DNA of 53,514 nt from Actinomycetota bacterium (GTDB lineage Bacteria; Armatimonadota; SYMT01), in assembly GCA_005798285.1 (NCBI GenBank), contig SYKE01000102.1, positions 1-53,514 of the forward strand, read 5' to 3'. The notes below the pieces were generated by a model. It worked only from the letters and a program-made list of their open reading frames with translations, was not told where the DNA came from and did no database searches. Shown here piece by piece: positions 9,165-17,800 of this stretch. Made by a program: the position numbers and the translations under genes. Each line of letters opens with the position of its first letter. Positions within the stretch are counted from its first letter, which is position 1.

Positions 9165-10460
9165 CTACTCCGAGGGAGTTGTGCGGACCTTAAGCACCGG
9201 GATGCGGTATTTGCGCCCTCCCGCTGACACGTCAACAGTCGGCCAACGGCTGCTCGACGGAAGCGTGAAGTTCTCAATGGAGCCGTCATCCTTGATCATC
9301 ACGGTGTCCTCGAACTTTGTGCCCTGAACCGTCGGATTCCAGGCCAGCACCATTCCCGGCACGATCTTGCGCTTGTCGCCGGGCGCAGCGAGATAGAGGC
9401 GTTCCTGCCCCATGATCATCCCGCCCTGGTGGTGCAGCCGCCACTCTTCAGCGAATCCGATCTCGCGGTACGACTTCTGAGCTGCGGCCAGAACGTCGCC
9501 CAGCGTCTTGCCGGGGCGGGACGCCGCCCACATTGCGGCCTGAACCTTCGGCCCATTGTCCCATGCCCGCTTCAGCGAGGGGTCCGGCGTGCCGAACTGC
9601 ACCAGTCGGGTGGTGGAGACGGTGAGTCCCCAACGCCGGGCGCAGATGTTCAGCGCGACATAGTTACGGAGCTTGGCGCCGACCACCACTGGATGGCGGT
9701 ACGTCTTGAAGCGCTCGTCGACAGCGCTGAGAATCACGGTGGGGAAGATGTCCCAGTACCAGAACTCTCGGGCGAGCAGGTACTGGACGTCGCGCTCCGA
9801 CATTCCCGGCCGGACCACATCCGCCACTTGCTCGAGGATCTCGGAGGTCTTCTTGCCCAACCAGCGGTACTTCTTCATCTCGCCGGACGTGATCGGGTAA
9901 TAGACTTCGGCAAAGTCGAACGAAGACCGCGCGGGGTCGAACCCGTTCTCGGCAGCGGTGGCGGGGAGATCGAACGCGACCCTCTTTCCGCGCAGGATCG
10001 GCTTGAGCGCGTCCACCTCGCTGCCGTGCCACGGGAAAGCGATGGACTCATAGCCCAATCCCGCCAGTTCCTCCGTCATCACGCGGGGCGTCTCGATGTT
10101 GTTGGCCACGAGGTAGAGCTTGTCGGCGGTGACCACAACCTTGACCGGCGCTTCCCGCTGCGCCCAGACGACGTTGTCCTTGCCGCCTGCGGAAATCCAG
10201 TCCAGGTTGTGTTCGGTGCCGATAACCAGCGCGTCCAACTTCGCGGATGAGAGCGCCTTGCGGACACGAACCAACTTCTCGGTCGCCTCGGTGCGACGCT
10301 CCCGGGCCGTGAACACAAAGTCGTCGAATCGGTGGAAGGAGCGCTGCGGATTGCCGAACAGGTCGTCCGACGGTAGCTTTGGAGGATCGGCGGCGCGGAC
10401 CGAGCCGGCCAAGCTGATCACCGCGTACGTCGCTGTGAGCGCGAGAAGCCCTCGTTTCAT
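9165..10460 (-). CDS. Secreted M24 (pita-bread fold) family protein
   Basis: Signal peptide MKRGLL...VRA-A; creatinase-like N-domain; HHQGG and WNPTVQGTKFEDT motifs. Confidence 0.8.
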   Translation of the reverse strand: MKRGLLALTATYAVISLAGSVRAADPPKLPSDDLFGNPQRSFHRFDDFVFTARERRTEATEKLVRVRKALSSAKLDALVIGTEHNLDWISAGGKDNVVWAQREAPVKVVVTADKLYLVANNIETPRVMTEELAGLGYESIAFPWHGSEVDALKPILRGKRVAFDLPATAAENGFDPARSSFDFAEVYYPITSGEMKKYRWLGKKTSEILEQVADVVRPGMSERDVQYLLAREFWYWDIFPTVILSAVDERFKTYRHPVVVGAKLRNYVALNICARRWGLTVSTTRLVQFGTPDPSLKRAWDNGPKVQAAMWAASRPGKTLGDVLAAAQKSYREIGFAEEWRLHHQGGMIMGQERLYLAAPGDKRKIVPGMVLAWNPTVQGTKFEDTVMIKDDGSIENFTLPSSSRWPTVDVSAGGRKYRIPVLKVRTTPSE

Positions 10461-10752
10461 CGAACGATCCTCCTGAAGGGTCTGAGGGGAGACCGGACAC
10501 CGCCTACCCGGTACAGTTTTCCACCCACGCGGGCGCATCCTCTTCCACAACGAATGCGCGCATACCGTGGCAACTGTGGGCAATATCACTCACTGTTGGG
10601 CGACGTACTCGCATAATCTATCAGTTGGCGGTTCACCCGAACCGTCACCCGCGCAAGCGACTCCAATCACCAACAACGAGAGTCGGCGGGAAGCTGTTCG
10701 TCAAGCAGGTAGCCCACGCTTGCGGGAGGTTTGGTCCTCCCGGGGGACTCCC

Positions 10753-11538
10753 ATGCGTCGTCGACATGCCTTCACCCTCATCGAACTCCTCGTGGTGATC
10801 GCAATCATCGCTATCCTCGCTGCCATCTTGTTCCCGGTGTTCGCACAGGCGCGAGAGTCCGCTCGGCGGACCTCCTGTCTCTCGAATCAGAAGCAGATTG
10901 CAACGTCCCTGCTGATGTACTCGCAGGACTACGACGAGATGATCCTTCCGTGGTTGACCGCTCCTGGCCCAACCCCGGATCAGAGGCTGTGGACCAGCCG
11001 GATCCAGCCTTACCTGAAGAATGGCGGTGGCTCGCCTCCCAACGGAGTGATGAAGTGTCCGTCCTGGTCGGAGTCCGCTCTCAAGGCGGGATCCGATAAG
11101 CCCGAGTGCAACGGACCCGGCGCGCTGACCCCGGCGTTTCCCCCCACGCTGTTGCTCTCTCACTACGCGTTGGCACAGCCGATGCCGACCCGGGTGTTGC
11201 TCCGCAGTGGCGGCAACAGCGCCTCGAACCCCTACTATCAGTACCCCGGCAGCGGCTGGATCAGCAGTCGAGCCACCCCTCCGGAAACCTACATCGGGCT
11301 GAGTTCCGTACTCCGACCCGCCGACACAGCGATGGTGGCCGATGGGGTTACCCTGACCGCCGGACCGGGGATCTTGAACGTCTTCGGTTGCGAATCCAGC
11401 GAGCTCCATCAAGGCGGAAGCAACTTCATCTTCCTGGATGGTCACGCGAAGTGGATCAAGGGCAACGCCGAGAGTTACGTGAAGCGAGCCGCCAATGGCG
11501 AGTTCTTCATGCAGCACTTCACCTACAGCATGGAGTGA
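10753..11538 (+). CDS. Prepilin-type N-terminal cleavage/methylation protein with DUF1559 and H-X9-DG domain
   Basis: [38 protein letters not shown]; [15 protein letters not shown]. Confidence 0.92.
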   Translation: MRRRHAFTLIELLVVIAIIAILAAILFPVFAQARESARRTSCLSNQKQIATSLLMYSQDYDEMILPWLTAPGPTPDQRLWTSRIQPYLKNGGGSPPNGVMKCPSWSESALKAGSDKPECNGPGALTPAFPPTLLLSHYALAQPMPTRVLLRSGGNSASNPYYQYPGSGWISSRATPPETYIGLSSVLRPADTAMVADGVTLTAGPGILNVFGCESSELHQGGSNFIFLDGHAKWIKGNAESYVKRAANGEFFMQHFTYSME

Positions 11539-11563
11539 GCTCGACCGGCGGGAACTGAAATGC

Positions 11564-11600
11564 CAAAGGGCCCGAGACGATCAGCGTCCCGGGCCCTTTG
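11564..11600. terminator. Bidirectional hairpin terminator between the DUF1559 gene and the tRNA
   Basis: CAAAGGGCCCG.GACG...CGTC.CGGGCCCTTTG inverted repeat. Confidence 0.7.
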
Positions 11601-11617
11601 AAGTTCTAGTGGGGGGT

Positions 11618-11690
11618 TGGCGGGAGTGGGACTTGAACCCACGGCCTAAGGGTTATGAATCCTTCGCTCTAACCACTGAGCTACCCCGCC
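11618..11690 (-). tRNA. tRNA-Met (CAT), elongator type; CCA not encoded
   Basis: GGCGGGGTAGCTCAGTGGTTAGAGC...TTCATAA...GGTTCAAGTCC...CCCGCCA; G1-C72 pair argues against initiator, G4/G5 argues against Ile2. Confidence 0.9.
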
Positions 11691-11699
11691 GAGAGCCCG

Positions 11700-11728
11700 A
11701 TTATCTCCCACGCGATATTCCGTGTCAA
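11700..11728 (-). promoter_or_regulatory. Sigma70 promoter of the tRNA
   Basis: TTGACA-17 nt-GATAAT ending about 10 nt upstream of the tRNA 5' end. Confidence 0.75.
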
Positions 11729-11890
11729 CGGGGAGGCGATGACCCCCGACCACCTCAACCCGGTGCAACAAGGTCGGATCGACCGTGTCATAATAGACAG
11801 TGGCAGCATTGTTCTGGTTCGGGCCATGAGGGCTCGGGGCTGTCGTGGTCGGCTCGCACCGCTGAGACGACCCTCGGGAGGTTTCGTGGT

Positions 11891-12541
11891 ATGAAGCTCG
11901 CTCACATCGCCGCTGGGGTGCTGGTCGCCTCGCTCTGCGCGGGTCGCGTATCCGCCGCGCCCTCGATTACCGGGGACTACGTCGAGTCCCGGTCCGCAAA
12001 TGTCTTCGTTGGCGCCTGCCACCACGAAGGCGAAATCGAAACGATGGGTCGCAACGCGTTGCTGGCCTGGAACATCGAGAAGGGCGCCTTCAACGGGGTA
12101 GACCTCTCCGGTATTCGCGCCGTGGCCGTGGTGGCAGGCGACCGAAGCCTGGAGCTTCCCGCCAGTCGCCGCCGCTCCGTGCTTTATGTGAGCGAGGGCG
12201 CTTCTGCCGAGCAAAAGACCGCCATCGCCGCGTTGCTGCGCCAGCAGGCCACGAATGCGCTGGGCGACGTGATGTCGGTGAAGACCGCGCCGATCGCCTT
12301 CGACAGCCGTGGCGACCTGTATCGGGTGAACGTTCCCGGGGTTGCGGCGCTCAAGATTGCCACAGAGACCCGCCAGCTCTGCTGCAAGCAGCCGTATGAA
12401 CTCTGGGGCAAGCCCTTCGTCAGCCTGCAGGGCGCCAAAGCCGGGTTCTGCGTCAGCGCCGAGTATCGCGACACCAGCCTGGTTCAGGCGTGGAACGCCA
12501 CCGACCAGAACAACGCGTACTTCGGACGCTTCAGCCTGTAG
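11891..12541 (+). CDS. Secreted DUF1326-like protein
   Basis: Signal peptide; GDYVESRSANVFVGAC...LAWNIEKGAFNGVDLSG resembles DUF1326. Confidence 0.7.
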   Translation: MKLAHIAAGVLVASLCAGRVSAAPSITGDYVESRSANVFVGACHHEGEIETMGRNALLAWNIEKGAFNGVDLSGIRAVAVVAGDRSLELPASRRRSVLYVSEGASAEQKTAIAALLRQQATNALGDVMSVKTAPIAFDSRGDLYRVNVPGVAALKIATETRQLCCKQPYELWGKPFVSLQGAKAGFCVSAEYRDTSLVQAWNATDQNNAYFGRFSL

Positions 12542-12555
12542 TCGGTTCGTTTGCG

Positions 12556-12587
12556 AAGGGGGCGCCGACTGGCGCCCCCTTTTTTTC
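12556..12587 (+). terminator. Rho-independent terminator
   Basis: GGGGGCGCC-GACT-GGCGCCCCC followed by a T run. Confidence 0.85.
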
Positions 12588-12809
12588 GTCTCTCGATGCA
12601 ACTCAGAGCCACGGCTGGCCCGGGTGCACCCCGCGTCTGCTGGGCTCCGACTCGCCGGCCAGAGACGTGGGCCCCTGGCTCAGGAGATGCAGGCCAACCA
12701 GTGGGCCATAGATCACATCCACCCAGATGACCGATCCCAGTGGGCCATTGAGATCGACGGAATGGCCGGGAAGTCCATGCTTGTGCAGATTTATTCGGAG
12801 TTGGAGACC

Positions 12810-12837
12810 GAACCCTGAACTCTCCTGTGGGGTCTAA
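12810..12837 (+). promoter_or_regulatory. Candidate ECF-type autoregulatory promoter
   Basis: GAAC-N18-GTCTAA about 40 nt upstream of the ECF sigma start. Confidence 0.4.
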
Positions 12838-12876
12838 CCACTAACTCGGTGATCAGATAACCCGGAGACGCACTGC

Positions 12877-13416
12877 GTGGATGATTTGGCGCTGGTGAGG
12901 CGGTTCCAAAGAGGCGAGGAAGCGGCGTTCGACATTCTGGTGGATCGCCACCGGCGGCGCGTCTACAGCCTGGCTGCGCGATTGGCTTCGCCTTCGGAGG
13001 CGGATGACTTGGCGCAGGAGATCTTCATCGCCGCCTATAAGGCGCTCCCGCGGTATCGGGGCGAGGCCGCATTTACGACATGGCTCTATCGGGTTGCGGT
13101 CTACTGCTGCTCGCATTACATTCGGCGGCGCCGGATGGATGTGGCCGAGCTGAATGACGAGTTGCCGGATGACGCCGAGCGTCACGATCCGGAGCATTCG
13201 GCGCTGGCGGGTGAGCTTCAGGCAAGGGTTCGGGAGGCGATCTCGGCGCTTCCCTACAAAGCGCGCGAGGTGATTGTGCTTCGGGATCTGCACGGTTTGA
13301 GCTACGAGGAGATCGCCCAAGTAGTGGGCTGCCCCATCGGTACGGTGCGCAGTCGACTGCACTATGCGACTCATCGGCTCGAACAGATGCTCCGAACATA
13401 CGTGGAGTCGGTGTGA
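12877..13416 (+). CDS. ECF RNA polymerase sigma factor (RpoE/SigW-like)
   Basis: ADDLAQEIF, FTTWLYRVA, GLSYEEIA..VGCPIGTVRSRLH. Confidence 0.93.
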   Translation: MDDLALVRRFQRGEEAAFDILVDRHRRRVYSLAARLASPSEADDLAQEIFIAAYKALPRYRGEAAFTTWLYRVAVYCCSHYIRRRRMDVAELNDELPDDAERHDPEHSALAGELQARVREAISALPYKAREVIVLRDLHGLSYEEIAQVVGCPIGTVRSRLHYATHRLEQMLRTYVESV

Positions 13417-15071
13417 ACGGTTTCTTTCGTTGGCCAAAGCGGCGCCCTGGGAGGGCCCCAACGGCTTCCCGGGGGTCCATGGCCACCATGGCCTGTTCGG
13501 ATGTGCGCTTGCTCCTCCGGCCGCTTCTGGATGGTGAACTGGACGAAGTTCGACAGCGCCGGGTTCTGGATCACCTGGAGGGCTGCTCAAGCTGTGACCG
13601 CGCGCGGAGCGACTTCGCTTCGCTTATCGGCGCACTTCAGAGCCTGGAGCCGGAGGATGCTCCTCCGCACTTCACGCCCGCGCTCCAGGTTCGATTGGCC
13701 TCGCACCGACGACGAGCGGCCTCGCCCCGTCGATTGCGTTGGGTCACGGCCTCAGCCGCGATCCTGTCGGTGGCGGCCGCCGTCGTGCTGCTTGCGCCGC
13801 GAGGGTTGAACGCCGCCGACGTCGCGCGGAGCGCCCGGATGTCCTGGTCCCAGGTGCACAACTACGGCGCCGAGTTCCAGAGCATCGGGAGGTATCAGGG
13901 CCGCTCCCGAATCTTCCGACAGCGGCAGTTCTTCCGCCGCCCCGGCGAGTTTCGGCTGGATACGCGTCAGGACTATCCGCTGAGCACCTTCGTCTACGAC
14001 GATCGAGTGGTACAGTTCCTGCCGGGCGGATCGTGGAAGGGCCGCGGCCCGCTCGTGATCGTCCGTCCCCGGCGAGAAGGAGAGACCGCGCTCCCGTTCC
14101 CCTTCGGCGTCACCTGGCAACTCGGCGGCAATCTGCGGCTGGATCAAATCATCGAGCAGTTCAACGAGAACCGCGATGCTCGACTCGTTGGGGAGGATCG
14201 AATTGCCGATCGAGAGTGCTTCCACGTGGAGTTCACCTCGGCGCCGCCCGGCGGGTCGCAGCAGGATCGGTACGAACTCTGGCTCGACAAGGAGCACTTC
14301 CTCCCGCGCCGCGTGAGCTGGTATCGCGATGCCGACAACTATGTGCAGACCGATGCCCAGGACCTGCAGGTGAACTATGCCGTGCTGCCGGACGGCACCT
14401 TCGACTTTAAACCGCCGGCGGGGAGTTGCATTCTCCAGGGGGAAGTCGATCCGCATGCGGTGGCGCTTCCGCTCTCCCCGGACTCGGGTTTCGGACCCAC
14501 CGACGCGGCGGAGCGTGCCGCCTGGGCCCGGAGAAAGTCGTTCGCCTTCAAACCGGTGGCCCCCGGTTGGGTCCCGTCCGGCTATGAGTTCCTCCGGGTG
14601 TGGCGCCGCGGCAAGCGGTACCTCGACATGCACTGGATTCGCGAGGATCGATCCGGCGTTTTTCAGGTGCTCAAACTGGTGCAGCAGGACCTTTCCGTGT
14701 ACTCTCAGCGGCCTGCCGGCCTGCCGGTATCGCTGACCTCTCAACGGGGACGATCCGACGCCTCGCTCTACGAGCGGTCCGAGCCGTTTCCTCATGCAGT
14801 GCTGGAGTGGGTGGTCGGTCGCACCCGGTGCACCCTCTATGCAGTGGGGCTCTCCCGACCGCAGTTGCTTCGCCTGGCTCGCTCCGTGAGGCAGATTCGA
14901 GATCCCTCCCGGACGCTCCCGCCGGAGAGGTCGCCCCTGACGGGTGAGTTTGTGTTGAGCGAACCGGCCGCGAACCAGACCGCTCCAATGGAGCCGGACG
15001 GGGGGGTTGTGCAGGCTGCGGCCATCCACACGGAAGAGCCGCCGATGATGCCGGACATGCCGGAGGACTGA
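13413..15071 (+). CDS. Anti-sigma factor: zf-HC2 (ZAS) + TM helix + LolA/RseB-like extracytoplasmic domain
   Basis: HLEGCSSC (HxxxCxxC), one TM helix, LWLDKEHFLPRR...PDGTFDFKPPAG, APGWVPSGY; GTGA overlap with the sigma gene. Confidence 0.8.
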   Translation: MNGFFRWPKRRPGRAPTASRGSMATMACSDVRLLLRPLLDGELDEVRQRRVLDHLEGCSSCDRARSDFASLIGALQSLEPEDAPPHFTPALQVRLASHRRRAASPRRLRWVTASAAILSVAAAVVLLAPRGLNAADVARSARMSWSQVHNYGAEFQSIGRYQGRSRIFRQRQFFRRPGEFRLDTRQDYPLSTFVYDDRVVQFLPGGSWKGRGPLVIVRPRREGETALPFPFGVTWQLGGNLRLDQIIEQFNENRDARLVGEDRIADRECFHVEFTSAPPGGSQQDRYELWLDKEHFLPRRVSWYRDADNYVQTDAQDLQVNYAVLPDGTFDFKPPAGSCILQGEVDPHAVALPLSPDSGFGPTDAAERAAWARRKSFAFKPVAPGWVPSGYEFLRVWRRGKRYLDMHWIREDRSGVFQVLKLVQQDLSVYSQRPAGLPVSLTSQRGRSDASLYERSEPFPHAVLEWVVGRTRCTLYAVGLSRPQLLRLARSVRQIRDPSRTLPPERSPLTGEFVLSEPAANQTAPMEPDGGVVQAAAIHTEEPPMMPDMPED

Positions 15072-15078
15072 ACCGTGG

Positions 15079-15954
15079 TTAATGGTCCATCGGCGGCAGA
15101 CCAAAGTCTTCGGGCTTGACGAGGCCACCGGCTTCCGAGAGGGACCGCCGCATTCGGTCGACATACTCCCGGTCGTAGGCGTCGAGATCGCCCGCGATTT
15201 CGTAGTGCATGGCGGCCCGCAGCGCATAACCCATCCGGGCGAACGCATCTCCCAACAGGAAGTGGTAGGTCGCATTGCTGGGGCGAAGCCGAATCGCTCT
15301 CCGGAACACGGCCACTGCGTCCTCCGGCCGGCCCAACTGACAGTAAGCCATTCCCAGTCGTACGCAGTAATAGTCGTCGAACGGCGAGTTGCCTACCGCT
15401 TGCTCCAACTCCTGGACGCCGTCGTGCGTGCGACAGAGCTGAAGGAACAGGTCGCCGAGCCAGAAGTGGTAGAAACCGTCCTCGGGAGCCAGCCGTATAG
15501 CCTCCCGCAGCTCGCGTACGGCCTCGTCCTGGCGACCGGCTTGAACGCAGGCGGATGCGAGGCGGTAGCGGTAATAGGGGTTGTGGGGTGACAGGGAGAC
15601 CGCTCGGCGGTAGAGCGTGATGGCCCCCTTCAGCTTTCCGAAGCGCCGATAGACCTCTGCAATGGAGAAGTGGGTGTCTGCATGATCCGGGTTGGCCTTC
15701 AGGGCGCGGCGATAGTGCGAGAGCGCCTGACCGCTGTCCTCGGCGAAAACGAAGGCGTCCCCGAGGCGCAGGTGGCGGTCGGCGTTGTCACCCTCCAGGC
15801 GAACGGCTCGCCGGTAGCACTGGATGGCCTCGTGAATGCTCCCCTCTGCCGCCAGCGTGTCGCCCTCCCGCTGCAGATCCGCCGCTGTGGGTTGTGGGAT
15901 CGAGGTAGGAGTTTCCCCGGTTCGTGGTAGCGTGGGAGGGCGCTCGGATCTCAT
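15079..15954 (-). CDS. Tetratricopeptide repeat protein
   Basis: About 7 TPR units (A..LG..Y...G...EA...YRRA...P). Confidence 0.85.
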   Translation of the reverse strand: MRSERPPTLPRTGETPTSIPQPTAADLQREGDTLAAEGSIHEAIQCYRRAVRLEGDNADRHLRLGDAFVFAEDSGQALSHYRRALKANPDHADTHFSIAEVYRRFGKLKGAITLYRRAVSLSPHNPYYRYRLASACVQAGRQDEAVRELREAIRLAPEDGFYHFWLGDLFLQLCRTHDGVQELEQAVGNSPFDDYYCVRLGMAYCQLGRPEDAVAVFRRAIRLRPSNATYHFLLGDAFARMGYALRAAMHYEIAGDLDAYDREYVDRMRRSLSEAGGLVKPEDFGLPPMDH

Positions 15955-15974
15955 GGCTGGTTGGCTCTCGCGAT

Positions 15975-16424
15975 CTAGAACTGGCGGGTGCTATCGAGGA
16001 GGATGGTCACGGGCCCTTCGCCCACCATTTCGACTCGCATGTCGGCGCCAAATTCTCCCGTTTCGACGTGAAGCCCGCAATCCCTAAGACGCTGACAAAC
16101 GGCCTCATACCCCAATCGTGCCGCGTCTCCGCCCGCGGCGTTGCTGTAGCTCGGTCGTCGGCCCTTTCGGGCGTCCCCGTAAAGGGTGAACTGGCTGACC
16201 ACCAGCACCGCCGCGCCGACATCCAGCGCGCTGCGGTCCATTCGGCCCGTTTCATCCGGGAAGATCCGCAAGTGGGCGATCTTCTCCGCAGTGTAGCGAA
16301 CATCGGTGTCGGTGTCCTGGTTGGAGACCCCCACGAGCACCAGGATCCCGGCGCCGATTTCACCCGTGGTTCGGTCTTCCACCCGAACCGCCGCCCGCGA
16401 CACTCGTTGGATGACCGCTCTCAA
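15975..16424 (-). CDS. dtd: D-aminoacyl-tRNA deacylase
   Basis: (M)RAVIQRV, LRIFPD, VSQFTL, GEFGADM, EGPVTILLDS; TTG start overlaps the upstream TGA. Confidence 0.93.
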   Translation of the reverse strand: MRAVIQRVSRAAVRVEDRTTGEIGAGILVLVGVSNQDTDTDVRYTAEKIAHLRIFPDETGRMDRSALDVGAAVLVVSQFTLYGDARKGRRPSYSNAAGGDAARLGYEAVCQRLRDCGLHVETGEFGADMRVEMVGEGPVTILLDSTRQF

Positions 16425-17722
16425 CCCAATTCTCCTTCCGCGTCCGTCGGCGCGTGGTTGTGCCCGCCGCACTCCCAGCGGGCGGCCAGAAACCCGGACT
16501 CCGTCTGCGTCCGGATCATCCAGCGGCGAACCCGCTCGCGGGTGAGTGCAGAGAGGCTCGGGATGTTCGGGCATCCTGTCGGCTGCGCTTCCTGGACCAG
16601 GACGAACCGTCGAGAGCCGCCATCGGAGGCGTTCTCTTCCAGCACGGCCTGACCGGTGGTGCCGGACCCGGCGAAGAAGTCCAGAACCAATCGATCTCGA
16701 TCGGGATGGAGCTGAAGCAGGAGTCGAATCAGTCCCACGGGCTTGGGATTTGGAAAGGGGATCGCTCCGTCGAACAGCGCCTTGAGCTGCGATTTGCCGG
16801 CAGCGTTTCGCTCCACATCCAGGAGAAGGGTGCGAGGCACCTGGGTTCGCTCGGAGTTGTCATCTCGAAGATAGAGCTTGTACTCCACGAGCCAGCGTTC
16901 CTTACGATCCTGCCGAAACACGATGCGACCCTCTCGAACTCCCTCGTGGAATCTGGACTCCTCCCACTTCCACTCTGCGAGACGGGTGTCACCGTTGGGA
17001 AGCTCGATGCCGTATTGCAAACCGGGCCGAGGGTCATCCGGCCGCATTCTGAGAAAGGACTTGGTCTTGTACGGACCCCAACTGTCGAAGTGCTCGTCGC
17101 GGTGAATGTAGGCGCTGCGCTGCGCCGCGTCGAGTGGCAGTCTCAGTGGGGGCAGGGAGCCGCGATCGCGGGCGTAGACCAGGATATATTCGTGGTCTAC
17201 GGCGAAGTGGCGGGCATCGTTCCCGCCCCCCGAGTGGCGTTTCCAGATCAACTGAGCCACGAAGTTCTCTTCGCCGAACACCTCATCGAGCAGGAGCCGG
17301 AGGTGGTGCACTTCGTGATCGTCGATGCTCACACAGAACAGGGCATCGGCTCGCAAGAGGGTTCGCGCCAGCTCGATCCGGGGGTGCATCATCTCCAGCC
17401 AGCGAGTGTGGCGTCTGCCGGGCTCTTCCGCAGTCTGACGCTGTCGAGGGTTCCTGAAATTGTCGTTATAGATGAAGTCGTTCCCGGTATTGTACGGCGG
17501 GTCGATGTAGATCAGTCCCACCGCTCCCGACAGCTCAGATTGGAGCGCGCGGAGGATTGGGAGATTGTCACCTTCGAGGATGCGGTTCCCGTCGGCACAC
17601 TCGGGGCAATAGGACTCCGCGGGGTAAGCCACAAGCTGCCCTTCGGGCGCCGGAATCTCCCCTGAGCGGGACTGCTTGCCGGGCCAAACCAGCCCAAAGC
17701 CCTGACTCACCTGCACTCCCAT
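16421..17722 (-). CDS. Type III Mod-like beta-class N6-adenine DNA methyltransferase (orphan)
   Basis: NRILEGDNL, IYIDPPYNTG, FPNPKP, VLDFFAGSGTTG; start approximate. Confidence 0.88.
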   Translation of the reverse strand: MGVQVSQGFGLVWPGKQSRSGEIPAPEGQLVAYPAESYCPECADGNRILEGDNLPILRALQSELSGAVGLIYIDPPYNTGNDFIYNDNFRNPRQRQTAEEPGRRHTRWLEMMHPRIELARTLLRADALFCVSIDDHEVHHLRLLLDEVFGEENFVAQLIWKRHSGGGNDARHFAVDHEYILVYARDRGSLPPLRLPLDAAQRSAYIHRDEHFDSWGPYKTKSFLRMRPDDPRPGLQYGIELPNGDTRLAEWKWEESRFHEGVREGRIVFRQDRKERWLVEYKLYLRDDNSERTQVPRTLLLDVERNAAGKSQLKALFDGAIPFPNPKPVGLIRLLLQLHPDRDRLVLDFFAGSGTTGQAVLEENASDGGSRRFVLVQEAQPTGCPNIPSLSALTRERVRRWMIRTQTESGFLAARWECGGHNHAPTDAEGELG

Positions 17723-17800
17723 TCCGCCCCAGGTCGCATGCATTCACAGGGCGAGGTCATGATGCCTGGAACGCGGCGGTGACGGAAACCTGGGGCCCGT

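Noticed and set aside
11560-11760. tRNA as an integration site for a genomic island
   Set aside because: No integrase nearby and no duplicated tRNA 3' end noticed in the window
13752-15275. 507-aa minus-strand ORF
   Set aside because: Antisense to the anti-sigma gene; no recognisable domain
16421-17722. Complete Type III R-M system or phase-variable mod
   Set aside because: No res gene and no simple-sequence repeat tract in the ORF
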